Part shown: positions 19,449 through 31,230 of the stretch, piece after piece | Layout of the letters: each line of letters opens with the position of its first letter | Numbering within the stretch: position 1 is the stretch's first letter | Assembly (NCBI GenBank): GCA_038250515.1 | Contig: JBBSCG010000003.1 | Location: forward strand, 23,675 to 87,674 | Direction: 5' to 3' | DNA: 64,000 nt | From: Candidatus Limnocylindria bacterium | GTDB taxonomy: Bacteria; Chloroflexota; Limnocylindria; QHBO01 | Notes under the pieces: model-generated | The model's input: the letters and a program-made list of their open reading frames with translations, nothing else | Told to the model about the DNA's origin: nothing | The model's database searches: none | Translations under genes and position numbers: made by a program

Positions 19449-20399
19449 ATGCCGCTCATCGCAGCCCGAGCCCTGACGAAGCGATATTCCGGGGGCGTGA
19501 CTGCCCTCGACGGACTGACGCTGGACGTCGAACCGGGAATCATCGGTCTGGTGGGCGCCAACGGCGCAGGCAAGAGCACCTTGCTGAAGATCCTGCTGGG
19601 GCTCATCAAGCCGACCAGCGGCAGTGTCAGCGTGATGGATATGGACGTCACCACGCAGGGCACCCAAATTCGCCAGTTTGTGGGTTACCTGCCAGAGCAC
19701 GATTGCCTGCCGCCGGACCTGTCGGCGACCGACTTCGTGACCCACATGGGCCGCATGGCCGGACTGCCGGCCGATGCGTCGCGCGAACGCACGGCGGAAG
19801 TGCTGCGACATGTCGGGCTGTACGAGGAGCGTTACCGCGCAATGGGCGGCTACTCGACCGGCATGAAGCAACGCGTCAAGCTGGCGCAGGCGCTGGTGCA
19901 CGACCCCAAGCTGCTGCTCCTCGACGAGCCGACCAACGGCCTAGATCCCGCCGGGCGTAACGAGATGCTCGACCTCGTGAAGCGGACCGGCACGGAGTTC
20001 GGCATCGCGACCATCGTGGCCAGCCACCTGCTCGGCGAGATCGAGCGGGTCTGCAACTTCCTGCTGGCGATCGACGGCGGCAAGCTGCTGCGCGCCGCGC
20101 CCATCGCCAGCTTCACCGAGCAGACCGGGACGCTGGCGGTCGACGTCGAGGAGGGCGCGGAGACGCTGGTGCGGCGCCTGGCCGACCACGGCCTGACCGC
20201 CACCCTGGACGGCAGCAGCGTCCTGGTCGACCTGCCGAATGCCGATCCCTACGACATCGTGCGCGACACGGTCGACGAGCTGGGGCTGGGGCTGCTGCGG
20301 CTGGAGCAGCGGCGGCATCGGCTCGAGGACCTGTTCAGCGAGCGCGTCGGCGCGCGCGCGGGCGACGCGGAGGAGGAATCCGCGCATGACGCTGCCTGA
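19449..20399 (+). CDS. ABC transporter ATP-binding protein
   Basis: Walker A GANGAGKST, signature YSTGMKQRV, Walker B LLLLDEPTNGLD. Confidence 0.9.
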   Translation: MPLIAARALTKRYSGGVTALDGLTLDVEPGIIGLVGANGAGKSTLLKILLGLIKPTSGSVSVMDMDVTTQGTQIRQFVGYLPEHDCLPPDLSATDFVTHMGRMAGLPADASRERTAEVLRHVGLYEERYRAMGGYSTGMKQRVKLAQALVHDPKLLLLDEPTNGLDPAGRNEMLDLVKRTGTEFGIATIVASHLLGEIERVCNFLLAIDGGKLLRAAPIASFTEQTGTLAVDVEEGAETLVRRLADHGLTATLDGSSVLVDLPNADPYDIVRDTVDELGLGLLRLEQRRHRLEDLFSERVGARAGDAEEESAHDAA

Positions 20400-21299
20400 C
20401 GCCCGGCCCGCCGGCCGCAGCGGCGCCATCTACGACCTCGGCTACCAGGGCTACGACGGTCAGCGACTGGGGCGCCGCGCCGCCATCGCCGCCCTCTTCT
20501 GGTCGAGCTGGCGCTCCGCTTTCGGCCTGGGGCGCAGCGGCAAGTCGAAGATCGTGCCGTGGGGCGTCACCGTCCTGGCGCTGCTGCCCGCCGCGGTGGC
20601 CGTCGGCATTACCGCGTTGGTCGGCGACGCGGTGCAGCCGTTCACCTACGACAACTACCTGCCCCAGATCGCCATCACGCTCAGCATCTTCGTGGCGGCA
20701 CAGGCGCCCGAGCTGGTGGGCGGCGACCAGCGCAACCACGTCCTGTCCCTGTACTTCAGCCACGCCATCCAGCGCATCGACTACGCCGTGGCCAAGCTGG
20801 CGGCACTCACCGCCGCGCTCCTGGTGCTGACGCTCGTTCCCCAGCTGGTCCTGTTCGCCGGCAAGGTGCTCAGCACGACCGATGTGCTGACGGCGCTCGG
20901 CAACGAGGCTCCCAAGCTGGGACAGATCCTCCTCACCTCGCTGATCTACTCGGTGGCCCTGGCGATCATAGGTCTGGCCATCGCCGTGTTCACGCCGCGA
21001 CGATCGTTCGCCACCGGCGGGATCATCGCCTTCTTCCTGGTGACCGCCATCGTGGCCCAGATCCTGACGTCAATGGATGCCGGCGACATCAGCCGATACG
21101 CCCAGCTGATCGACATCGACCAGGTGCTGATCGGCGTGACCTACACGATCTTCGGCGGCCCGGGCTTCTCGTTCGGCGCAGCGCGCAACCCCCCGAGCCT
21201 CACCCCGGGTCTGCCGGGCATCGCCTATGTCGGCGCCCTCGTTGCGATCCTGGCCGTGGGCATCGCGGTGATCGTGCAGCGCTACCGCCGGGTGCAGGC

Positions 21300-21303
<4 letters not shown>
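20386..21303 (+). CDS. ABC-2 type transporter permease
   Basis: 6 TM helices. Overlaps the upstream ATPase stop. Confidence 0.75.
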
Positions 21304-22225
<922 letters not shown>

Positions 22226-22229
<4 letters not shown>

Positions 22230-22978
22230 ACGCGGTCGTCGCGCGCCTTACCCTGCGGCAACTTCTCGGTCGACGCCGCGTGCTGCTGCTCCTGCTCCTC
22301 GGCGGGCTGATGGTGCTGGTCGCCTTCATCTACCTGCTGAACACCACCGGCGGCGGGCAGGTGGCCGATGCACGGGCGCGCATCTTCACGAGCCGGCTGC
22401 TGCAGAACTTCGGGCTTGCGGTCCTGATGCCGCTCGTCGCGCTGCTGATGGGCACGGCCACACTGGGCGCCGAGATCGAGGACGGCACGGTCGTCTACCT
22501 GCTGGCCAAGCCCGTGTCGCGACGCACGATCGTGCTCACCAAGCTCGCGATCGCGATCGTCGGCGCGGTCCTGCTCACGAGCGTGCCGATCTTCCTCGCC
22601 GGCCTCATCGCGGCGCGTGGGCTTGCCGACGGTCTGGTCCCGGCCTTCGCGCTGGCGGCGGTCATCGGCTCGGCGATCTACTGCGCCATGTTCCTGGCGT
22701 TCAGCCTCGTCACCAGTCGCGCTCTGATCTTCGGCCTGCTCTACGTGCTGGTCTGGGAAGCACTGCTCGCTGGGCTCTTCGCCGGGACGCGAACGCTCAG
22801 CGTGCGGCAGCAGACGCTCGCCTTCGCCGACGCGCTCAGCGATGCGCCGCGCAGCGTGCTCAACGCACAGCTGGACCTGACCACGGCCGTGGTGGTCGGC
22901 GGGATTCTGCTGATCGGCGCCACGATTTTGGCGGTTCGGCGGCTCCAGCACTTCGAAATCTCGGGCGAGACCGGCTGA
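22226..22978 (+). CDS. ABC-2 type transporter permease
   Basis: 250 aa, 6 TM helices. ATGA overlap. Confidence 0.75.
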
Positions 22979-23042
22979 GGCCTGGCGCTCCGCTGAACGC
23001 CGAAGGACGGCCAGACGGACGCGCCGCTGCTATCTTGCTGCG

Positions 23043-24071
23043 ATGCAGCCGTGGAGCCACGAATTCGCCGGCCGGATCGACGAGCACGTCATCGACAGCC
23101 AGGCGCTCACCGCCAATCCGCTCGGCGACCCGCATCGGCGCCCGCTGTATGTCTACACCCCGCCCGACTACGACGCGGACGCCGACCGAACCTATCCGAG
23201 CATCTACGTCATCCAGGGACTGACCGGTCAGCTCGACATGTGGCGCAACCGCAAGGCGTTCGCGCCGAACCCGCTGGAGCTGACCGACACGATGTTCGCG
23301 GCAGACGACGCCCCCCGTGCCATCGTGGTGTACGTGGACTGCTGGACCAGTCTCGGCGGCAGCCAATTCCTGGACTCGCCAGCGACCGGCCGCTACCACA
23401 CCTACCTGTGCGATGAGGTCGTGCCCTTCATCGACGCGCACTACCAGACGGCGCCCAAGCGCGAGCATCGCGGCATCGCGGGCAAATCGAGCGGGGGCTA
23501 CGGCGCGATGGTGACGCCCATGCTTCGTCCCGACCTGTTCGGCGGGCTCGCGACGCATGCGGGCGACGCGCTGTTCGAGGTCAGCTACCAGCCCGACATG
23601 CGCGAAGCGGCTCGCGCCGTGCGCGACCAGTACGACGGCAGCCTCGACGCGTTCTGGGCCGATTTTCGCTCGCGCCCCGGACAACCAAAGAAGTCCGATG
23701 GCTCGCTGCTGAACGTGTACTGCATGGCCGCCTGCTACTCGGCCGATGCGGACGGTACCGTCCGGCTTCCGTTCGACCTCGCGACGGGACGCATGATTCC
23801 CGAGATCTGGGACCGATGGCTCGCCTGGGATCCGGTGCGCATGGCGCCGCAGCACGCGGACGACCTCCGCGCCATGCGCGCCATCTGGATCGATGCCGGA
23901 CGTTCCGACGACTTCTACCTCGACCTCGGCGCCGAGGCATTCCGCGACGAGCTGACGAAGCTCGGCGTCAGCGAACAGGTCCATTTCGAGCTGTTCGACG
24001 GCACGCATGCCAATATCGAGTGGCGCTACCCCATGGCCATCCGCTTCCTCGCTGAGCGGCTAGCCCCTTGA
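23043..24071 (+). CDS. Esterase-family alpha/beta hydrolase (enterochelin-esterase-like)
   Basis: GKSSGGYGA nucleophile elbow. Typical putative-esterase architecture. Confidence 0.75.
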   Translation: MQPWSHEFAGRIDEHVIDSQALTANPLGDPHRRPLYVYTPPDYDADADRTYPSIYVIQGLTGQLDMWRNRKAFAPNPLELTDTMFAADDAPRAIVVYVDCWTSLGGSQFLDSPATGRYHTYLCDEVVPFIDAHYQTAPKREHRGIAGKSSGGYGAMVTPMLRPDLFGGLATHAGDALFEVSYQPDMREAARAVRDQYDGSLDAFWADFRSRPGQPKKSDGSLLNVYCMAACYSADADGTVRLPFDLATGRMIPEIWDRWLAWDPVRMAPQHADDLRAMRAIWIDAGRSDDFYLDLGAEAFRDELTKLGVSEQVHFELFDGTHANIEWRYPMAIRFLAERLAP

Positions 24072-24176
24072 CCATTGGCCCGGAGATTGCTGCGCTGAAT
24101 CTGGAGCGGGCCGGCGGCATGGGCATGGGCCTGGCGGTCTGCCCGGAGCAAGCCTGGAAACGGTCCAGCCAAACAC

Positions 24177-24210
24177 GTCGGCAGCGGTTGTCCAGTCGAA
24201 CCCGCCTGAG
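24177..24210. repeat. Direct repeat copy 1 (CAGCGGTTGTCC..GTCGAACCCGCCTGAG), non-coding
   Basis: 30/32 identical to 26352..26385. The pair brackets the GGDEF gene. Confidence 0.75.
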
Positions 24211-24220
24211 TCGGTCGCGG

Positions 24221-26260
24221 TTAGGCGGCCACCACGCGGTCGCGGCCGGCGCGTTTGGCCATGAACAGCCCTACGTCCGCGCTGCGCAGTAACTGCTCGC
24301 GGCTGGCGTCGAAGGGATCGAGCGATGCGCACCCTGCGGAGATGCTGACGGTGAGCGGGGTACTCCCATCGGTGACCACGACCCGCTTGGAAACCGCCAT
24401 GCGCACCTCTTCGGCGATCCGGACCGCGTCCTGGAGGGTCGATCCGTCGAGCACCGCGACGAACTCCTCGCCGCCGAAACGCGCCACGATGTCGCTGCGC
24501 CGGAATCGAGAGCGCAGCACCTGGCCGATTTCGCGCAGCACCTGGTCGCCAACCTGGTGGCCGTGCAGCTTGTTGAACTGCCCGAAATGATCGACGTCGA
24601 AGATTACGGCCGAAACAGGGCGCCGATGCTCGGCATCCAGGCGCAGCCATCCAGCAAGGACGCGCTCGAATGCCTCATCGAAGTACCGACGGTTATACAG
24701 ACCTGTCAATGGGTCACGGATCGCCAGCTCCTCGACGTCGGCGTGCAGGAACGCATTCGCCAGCGCAAGCGCTGCGTGGCTCGCCACCAGCGTGATGAGC
24801 TCCAGCTCGATCGGGCGAAACCGATCGGAGGCGCTGAAGCGACCGATGGTCAGGGCCCCGAGGGCGATCCCCTCGCGCACGAGGGGAATACCCAGGGCCA
24901 GCTCACAGGGCGCGTGCTCGCCGCCCATTCGATAGGCGGCCGGGTAGCTCTGCGGGCCGAACTGATCGTCCACCACGATGGCGCGGTCGCGCACGGCACG
25001 GCCGGCGACGCCCTCGCCAATGCGAATTTCGCGATTGAGGACCGCCGGATCTGCATCGGTGGCGGCACGGAGCAGATAGCGGCCGGTCGGCCGATCCAGC
25101 ACGGTGACGGCAACCATGTCGCAATGCACGACATCGGCGACGCTGGTGCTCAATGTCTCCGCGAGCCGATCCACGGCGAGGCTGCTGTTCACACTCTCCG
25201 AGAAATCGTGCAGCTTCGCAAAGAGTCCTGCGCGTTCTGCCAGCGCCTGGCGGTCGCGGCCGAGCGCAACCGCCACGCCGATACGCCCGGCGAGCGTGGC
25301 CACGAGGTCCCGATCGGTCCAGTCCAATGGTCGCCGCGCCTCAACGTTGAGGATTCCCAGGAACTGGCGGTCGACCATCAGCGGTGCGCAGATCTCGCTG
25401 ACAACCGCCGCATCGACGGTCACGTAGTCGGTGTCGACGGCCACATTTCCGACGAACGCCAGCTCTCGAGTGCGCATCACACGGCCAACCACGCCCGCGC
25501 TGCCGTCGAACTCGGGGATGGGAGTTTCATAGCCACACTGCGCACCGAGCCGCACGACCGCACCATCCGCAAGGTAGATCGCCACGTTTGCGTATCCGAA
25601 TCGGTCGACGAGCACGCCGAGCGTCTGGTCAAGCAGCTCGGCGGTCGGACCGCCGGATGCGAGTAATCGGCCGACCTCCTCGAGGCCGGCGATCTGCCGC
25701 GACCTTCGTCGATCGGCCACGACAGCCGAACGCAGCTGCCGGGTCCGTTGCTCGAGAATCCCGACCAGCCTTCGCGTGCCAATAGTCAGGAACAGGCTGA
25801 CTCCGGCCAGGCTCAGCCCGCGAAGCGGGACTTCGGCCGCGCTTCCCGGTTGGACCAGCTCCGGCAGGAGATAGATCAGCGCGGCCAGCGCACCGATGGC
25901 GATGGCCTGCGTGGCACCAAGCGCGGCGGCGGCCGCGACGACCGGAAGGTAGAGCGAAGTCAAGGCGCGACCGCTACCGCCCGCGAGCTCGAGCAGAATC
26001 GCGGCGAACGCCAGGGCGAGGATGAGCCGCAGCAGCGACCATCCGGTCGGACCGATGGGCCGACGCCGAGACGGAAGGCCTCCGAGCACGAGCTGCACGC
26101 CGATGAACAGGCCGCTGACACCGGTCACCATCAGCGTCGTCTGCGTCCCGCGTCCGATCAGCGAAACCGCCAGCGCGATCGCCGCGATGGTGAGCGTGGC
26201 AAGCAGATGAGCATCCCGGGCGTGACGGCTGAAGGCGCGTCTTCGATTGGTGGGCCGCAT
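24221..26260 (-). CDS. Membrane-anchored GAF-GAF-GGDEF diguanylate cyclase
   Basis: N-terminal TM helices, two GAF-like regions, C-terminal GGEEF active site. Confidence 0.85.
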   Translation of the reverse strand: MRPTNRRRAFSRHARDAHLLATLTIAAIALAVSLIGRGTQTTLMVTGVSGLFIGVQLVLGGLPSRRRPIGPTGWSLLRLILALAFAAILLELAGGSGRALTSLYLPVVAAAAALGATQAIAIGALAALIYLLPELVQPGSAAEVPLRGLSLAGVSLFLTIGTRRLVGILEQRTRQLRSAVVADRRRSRQIAGLEEVGRLLASGGPTAELLDQTLGVLVDRFGYANVAIYLADGAVVRLGAQCGYETPIPEFDGSAGVVGRVMRTRELAFVGNVAVDTDYVTVDAAVVSEICAPLMVDRQFLGILNVEARRPLDWTDRDLVATLAGRIGVAVALGRDRQALAERAGLFAKLHDFSESVNSSLAVDRLAETLSTSVADVVHCDMVAVTVLDRPTGRYLLRAATDADPAVLNREIRIGEGVAGRAVRDRAIVVDDQFGPQSYPAAYRMGGEHAPCELALGIPLVREGIALGALTIGRFSASDRFRPIELELITLVASHAALALANAFLHADVEELAIRDPLTGLYNRRYFDEAFERVLAGWLRLDAEHRRPVSAVIFDVDHFGQFNKLHGHQVGDQVLREIGQVLRSRFRRSDIVARFGGEEFVAVLDGSTLQDAVRIAEEVRMAVSKRVVVTDGSTPLTVSISAGCASLDPFDASREQLLRSADVGLFMAKRAGRDRVVAA

Positions 26261-26351
26261 GAATTCGGACGGTACGGCAGCGCGCGCGGTGCGAGCAGGT
26301 GTCGAAAGTACTCGCCGCTACCGGCGTCGGTACGCCTACCGGCAGTCAGTC

Positions 26352-26385
26352 GCCGATCAGCAGCGGTTGTCCGCGTCGAACCCGC
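26352..26385. repeat. Direct repeat copy 2, overlapping the last codons (SGGFDADNRC) of the hydrolase-like gene
   Basis: See 24177..24210. Confidence 0.75.
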
Positions 26386-27283
26386 CTGAGAAGTACTGGC
26401 TCAGCGCTACCCGGCCGGTGGTGAAGCCTGACCCGATGCAGTTGCGCTTGGCACCCTGCAGGTTGCTCGCGCCGGCGACCCAGCTGGGATAGCTGCTGAA
26501 GGCGCCGGTGTTGCCGGTGATCTGGCCCCACATCCGCGGCGCCGAGTAGAAGCCAACGCTCGCCGCATTGACTGTTTCGAGGTAGGCGACCGCGCCCTGA
26601 AGGGCCGCGACATTCAGCGCGGTATCGTCGCGCCACGAGTTCGCGGTCTCGACGTCCAACCACCAGTGATTGGCAACCGGCGTGCGCGTGGCGCCCTGGT
26701 TGGCCCAACCGAGCGAGATATAGGCATCGACGGCGGTGCGATACGAATCAGCGGCGGCATTCCAGCCGTAATCGAATGCGCAGTCGGCCGTATCGGGGTT
26801 CGCCGCGTCGCAGACGCGCGGCACGCTCTGGCCGGTGGGCCAACGCGACGAAAGCTGCGGCCCGGGATTGCCGGTGTTCGCGTACAGCTCGGCGTTCATG
26901 CCCGCCCAGTTCAGCTGGCTCGATTGGGTCCCGGCGCCCAGGCACGGATTGGCCCTGAACACGATTCCCTGGTTGACGCCCACGATGCCGAAGGCAACGT
27001 TGGTCGGCAGGGTTGTGCTGCACTGTGGATAGCTCACGTCGTAACCGATCGGCGTGGGCGGCTTCACCGGCTTGGCATGGTCGCCATTCGATCGCTCGAC
27101 GTCGACGCCCGCGACCGGGCCACCTGCCGCGGAGAGTCCGGGAAGCAGGCCGACGAGGATGACGGCGAAGATGGACGCGGCGACGAAACGCCTGTGGCGG
27201 CGCTCCGCAGTTCGCGAAAGCATGGTCTCGGCGCTCGGTGAAACTACGAACGTACAGCCTAGCAGGCCCCGTGCGGATCGCAA
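26357..27283 (-). CDS. Secreted hydrolase-like protein (GH25/DUF1906-like fold), signal anchor
   Basis: N-terminal hydrophobic segment, GYDVSYPQC ... FGIVGVNQG motifs. Start uncertain. Confidence 0.6.
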   Translation of the reverse strand: MRSARGLLGCTFVVSPSAETMLSRTAERRHRRFVAASIFAVILVGLLPGLSAAGGPVAGVDVERSNGDHAKPVKPPTPIGYDVSYPQCSTTLPTNVAFGIVGVNQGIVFRANPCLGAGTQSSQLNWAGMNAELYANTGNPGPQLSSRWPTGQSVPRVCDAANPDTADCAFDYGWNAAADSYRTAVDAYISLGWANQGATRTPVANHWWLDVETANSWRDDTALNVAALQGAVAYLETVNAASVGFYSAPRMWGQITGNTGAFSSYPSWVAGASNLQGAKRNCIGSGFTTGRVALSQYFSGGFDADNRC

Positions 27284-27332
27284 GCAGCCAGGCGGCGGCG
27301 TCCGAGCGGCGTCGGCCTCGTATGCTCAGCGC

Positions 27333-27869
27333 ATGACGTTGCTCTCCCGACCAACCGTCCTGCTTGGGCCGGGTGCATCGGGCGGAATCGAGCGACTGGT
27401 GCCCTACGTCGACGGGCTTGAACGCCGCGGCCTTACGGCGCGGGCCGTTGCGCTGTCCCGCGGCAAAACCGACCCGGCCCTGGCAGCGTACCGGGCCGCA
27501 CTTGCACAGCTCGCGCCGGAACGGACGGTCATCGGCGGGCACTCATTCGGTGGCCGCGTTGCGTCGCTGCTGACCGCCGAGATCGAGGTCGCCGGATTGG
27601 TCCTCTTTGCCTATCCGCTTCATCCACCCGGAAAGCCGCATCTCTGGGACGAGCGCACCGCCCACTGGCCGGCCATCACCTGTCCGGTGCTGCTGCTCTC
27701 CGGTGAGTCGGACCCCTTCGCGGAAATCGGGCTGCTGCGCGCCGCCATCAAACGGTTGCCGAATGCCGAGCTGGTGACGTATCCGCGGGTGCGCCACGGC
27801 ATCGGTCCCGTGCTGGATGACGCACTCGACCGGGTCGCAGGCTTCGTCAAGTCGCACGTCGCGTACTAA
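27333..27869 (+). CDS. Small alpha/beta-fold hydrolase
   Basis: GGHSFGG nucleophile motif. Start refined to the ATG for MTLLSRP. Confidence 0.7.
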   Translation: MTLLSRPTVLLGPGASGGIERLVPYVDGLERRGLTARAVALSRGKTDPALAAYRAALAQLAPERTVIGGHSFGGRVASLLTAEIEVAGLVLFAYPLHPPGKPHLWDERTAHWPAITCPVLLLSGESDPFAEIGLLRAAIKRLPNAELVTYPRVRHGIGPVLDDALDRVAGFVKSHVAY

Positions 27870-27922
27870 ACCGAATATTCGATGGGCCGAGCCGGGCATG
27901 GTATCTTCGGCACATTCCGCGG

Positions 27923-27998
27923 GCGGGAGTAGCTCAGTTGGTAGAGCGTCAGCCTTCCAAGCTGAATGTCGCGAGTTCGAACCTCGTCTCCCGCTCCA
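27923..27998 (+). tRNA. tRNA-Gly (anticodon TCC)
   Basis: Cloverleaf by eye: acceptor GCGGGAG/CTCCCGC, D-arm GCTCAGTTGGTAGAGC, anticodon stem TCAGC/GCTGA with loop CTTCCAA, T-arm GCGAGTTCGAACCTCGT, encoded CCA. Confidence 0.85.
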
Positions 27999-28091
27999 AA
28001 GCACATCGGTGGCTGCCTGAATGGCAGAAAGCACTCCGAGGTCGCCTCGAGCAGGGGGCAGCGGGGCTGGCCTACGGCCCTGGCCTGGCGC

Positions 28092-30614
28092 ATGATGACC
28101 GTCGTGCGCTCTGATCTCCCCAGCGGCACCGTCACCTTCCTGTTCACCGACATCGAGGGTTCGACCAGGCTGTTGCACGAGATCGAGGCTGAGGCCTATG
28201 CCGATGCCCTGGCCGAGCACCGCCGCATCGTGCGCGAGGCGTTCCGGGCCGAGGGCGGGGTAGAGGTCGACACCCAGGGGGATGCCTTCTTCGTGGCCTT
28301 TCCAACCGCGCCAGGCGCTCTGCGGGCAGCGGCTGCGGCGAACGAAGGACTGGCGCCGGGTCCGATCCGCGTGCGGATGGCCATCCACACCGGCACGCCG
28401 TACCTGACCGAGGAGGGCTACGTCGGGGTCGACGTCCACCGCGGTGCGCGCATCGCGGCGTCCGGCCACGGCGGCCAGGTGCTCGTCTCAGCCTCCACGG
28501 CTGCCCTCCTTGGCACGGATGGGCTGCGTAACCTGGGCGAGCACCGCCTCAAGGACCTTTCGGCACCCGAGCGCATTTACCAGCTCGGCGACGACGACTT
28601 TCCGGCACTCAAGTCGCTGTATCGGACCAACCTGCCGGTACCGGCGACCCCGTTTCTGGGTCGCGAGCGGGAGCTGGCCGAAGTGGTCAAGCTCCTGGAG
28701 CACGACGACCTACATCTGCTCACCCTGACCGGGCCGGGCGGCACCGGCAAGACGCGGCTCGCCCTGCAGGCCGCGGCGGAGGCTTCCGAGTCCTTCCCCG
28801 ACGGCATCTACTGGGTGCCACTCGCGCCCCTGCGCGACCCCGAACTCGTGCTCTCATCGGTTGCGCGGACGCTTGAAGTCAATGAAGAGCCCGATCGCCC
28901 CATCCAGGACACGCTCAGCGCGCACCTGGCGGGCAAGCGCCTGTTGCTCGTCCTCGACAACCTCGAGCACCTGTTGCCGCAGGCGACCGCACCGATCGCC
29001 GCACTCCGTGACGCAAACGGGTCTTCCCTCCTGGTGACGAGCCGCGAGCGGCTGCGGATCCGCGGCGAGCAAACCTGGCCGGTGCCGCCGCTCGCCGACA
29101 AGGACGGGGCGGCGCTGTTCGTGGCTCGTGCGCAAGCGGTCGACCCGTCCTTCACCCACACCCCCGCAGTTGACGAACTGTGCGCTCGACTCGACGAGCT
29201 TCCGCTGGCGATCGAACTCGCCGCCGCCCGCACCGCGGTCTTCTCGAGCGCGCAGTTGCTCGAGCGACTGTCCGGGCGCCTTGACCTGCTCAAAGGTGAG
29301 CGCGACGCCGATCCGCGCCAGCAGACGCTGCGCGCCACCATCGAATGGAGTCACGCCCTGCTCGCACCGCCGGAGGCACAACTCTTCCGCGGGCTCGCGG
29401 TCTTTGCCGGCGGCTGCACGTATGACGCCGCCGAGCAGGTCTCGGGCGCGGACCCCGACACCCTGCAATCGCTCCTCGACAAAAGCCTTCTGCGCAAACG
29501 GGATGCCGCCTACGGGCCTCGTTACTGGATGCTCGAAACGATCCGCGAGTTCGCCGCCGAGCGGCTCGAGGAGTCGGGCGAGGCCGAGCCGTCACAGCGG
29601 CGGCACGCCGAGCACTTCATGGCCCTGGCCCAGGACGCGGAGCCGAATACACGCTCGTACTCCGCCGAGTGGATCGAGCGGCTAGAGATGGAGCATGACA
29701 ATCTGCGCGCCGCGCTCGACTACCTCGCGGCCTCAGGCGAAAACGAACTGGTCTTGCGATTGGCCGGAGCCCTGTCGGATTTCTGGCACTACGGGGGGCA
29801 CGTCGCCGAGGGCTGGCGTCGTCTCGAGAGCGCACTCGAACCAGAGGAGCGCCCGACGGCGGCCCGTGCCAGGGCCCTCACTGGGGCTGCCGACATGGCG
29901 TATGGGAGCGGAGATGCTGCAACAGCCAGGTTGATGGCCGAGAAGGCGCTCGCGCTCCATCGCCAGCTTGGGGACACGTGGGGCGCCGCATATGCGCTGA
30001 ACCTGCTCGGCGTGGCCTTCATCGAGGAAGGAGACTTCGAGCGGGCGCAGCAGCTCGTCGAAGAGGCAGTAGATCTCTTCCGCCGGCTCGGCGATGACCA
30101 GTTCACGCTCGCGGCAACTCGCACTCTGGCATTCGCTTACTACAGCCGCGGCGACCTCGACCGCGCCCGCACGCTCCACGAAGCGAACCTTCGCCGGGCG
30201 AGAGCGGGGGGCATGAAGGAGACCGAGGCTGGGACGTTGGGCTCCCTGGCGATCATTGCCGTCGACCAGGGCCGCGTCGATGACGCGCTCGCGTTGGTGA
30301 AGGAAAACGTATTGGTCGCGCGCGACCTTGGCTCCGCGCACGGAATCGCGCAGAGTCTCTGTCGCGCCGCCGATGTTCTCGCCCGGTTCCTCGGGAATGC
30401 GCACGCGGCCGCCCAACTCCTCTCCTGCTTCGAGGGCCTGCGACAGCAGATCGGCGTCAGCGAGGCCTGGGTCTCGAGGATGAACGAGCAGACGCTCGCG
30501 GCCGTCCACGCGCAACTCGACGCCGCCGCCTTTGCCGACGCATGGGAGCAAGGCCGGAAGCTGACGGTCGACGAGGCCGTCGCGCTCGCCCTCGGCTCGG
30601 TTGAACCGGCATGA
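28092..30614 (+). CDS. Class III adenylate/guanylate cyclase fused to AAA/NB-ARC-like ATPase and TPR repeats
   Basis: FLFTDIEGST ... TQGDAFF cyclase core, Walker A GPGGTGKT, C-terminal TPR-like repeats. Start refined to the ATG for MMTVVRSD. The longer ORF start would overlap the tRNA. Confidence 0.85.
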   Translation: MMTVVRSDLPSGTVTFLFTDIEGSTRLLHEIEAEAYADALAEHRRIVREAFRAEGGVEVDTQGDAFFVAFPTAPGALRAAAAANEGLAPGPIRVRMAIHTGTPYLTEEGYVGVDVHRGARIAASGHGGQVLVSASTAALLGTDGLRNLGEHRLKDLSAPERIYQLGDDDFPALKSLYRTNLPVPATPFLGRERELAEVVKLLEHDDLHLLTLTGPGGTGKTRLALQAAAEASESFPDGIYWVPLAPLRDPELVLSSVARTLEVNEEPDRPIQDTLSAHLAGKRLLLVLDNLEHLLPQATAPIAALRDANGSSLLVTSRERLRIRGEQTWPVPPLADKDGAALFVARAQAVDPSFTHTPAVDELCARLDELPLAIELAAARTAVFSSAQLLERLSGRLDLLKGERDADPRQQTLRATIEWSHALLAPPEAQLFRGLAVFAGGCTYDAAEQVSGADPDTLQSLLDKSLLRKRDAAYGPRYWMLETIREFAAERLEESGEAEPSQRRHAEHFMALAQDAEPNTRSYSAEWIERLEMEHDNLRAALDYLAASGENELVLRLAGALSDFWHYGGHVAEGWRRLESALEPEERPTAARARALTGAADMAYGSGDAATARLMAEKALALHRQLGDTWGAAYALNLLGVAFIEEGDFERAQQLVEEAVDLFRRLGDDQFTLAATRTLAFAYYSRGDLDRARTLHEANLRRARAGGMKETEAGTLGSLAIIAVDQGRVDDALALVKENVLVARDLGSAHGIAQSLCRAADVLARFLGNAHAAAQLLSCFEGLRQQIGVSEAWVSRMNEQTLAAVHAQLDAAAFADAWEQGRKLTVDEAVALALGSVEPA

Positions 30615-31024
30615 CGGAGTCACGTTCTGACCTCCCCTCCGGCACGGTCACCTTCCTGTTCACCGACATCGAGGGATCGACCAAGCTGTTGCACCAGCTC
30701 GGAGCCGAGGCGTATGCCGATGCCCTGGCCGAGACCCGGCGCGCTGCGCGCAGCGGCTGCGGTGACCGACGGGCTGGCCCATGGTCCGATCCGGGTGCGG
30801 ATGGCCATCCATACCGGCACGCCGCACCTGGGCGAGGAGGGCTACGTCGGCAGCGACGTGCACCGCGGCGCCCGCATCGCGGCGTCCGGCCACGGCGTGC
30901 TATCGATGAGCGACGGCGGCTCGTGGACCGGTGTGCTACCGAGGCGGACGCTGCCCGGCTGTGGGCCGATGGGCAGGCGATGAGCGTAGACGAGGCCGTC
31001 GCCTACGCGCTCATTGTCAGCTGA
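30611..31024 (+). pseudogene. Internally deleted, frameshifted duplicate of the upstream adenylate cyclase gene
   Basis: Starts (ATGA overlap) with MTESRSDLPSGTVTFLFTDIEGSTKLL, identical in pattern to the intact gene. The cyclase continues in a second frame (IRVRMAIHTGTPHLGEEGYVGSDVHRGARIAASGHG). It ends with a tail like the intact C-terminus (SVDEAVAYAL vs TVDEAVALAL). Confidence 0.7.
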
Positions 31025-31230
31025 CGCGGCACAGGCCCAGGGAACCCGAATCGGCTCTCGACACGAACCGCGCGCGTTTTGGACGTTCCAGTCCAAGTTG
31101 TCGATCAAGGCTCAGCCATTCACAGGATTCAGTGTGCGACGCACCTGATGTCCCATCGGGGTGACGAAGACACGATAACTGGACGCGTTTCGCTCAAGCC
31201 CCACGCTTGGTGCCACTGCGCTCACACGTC

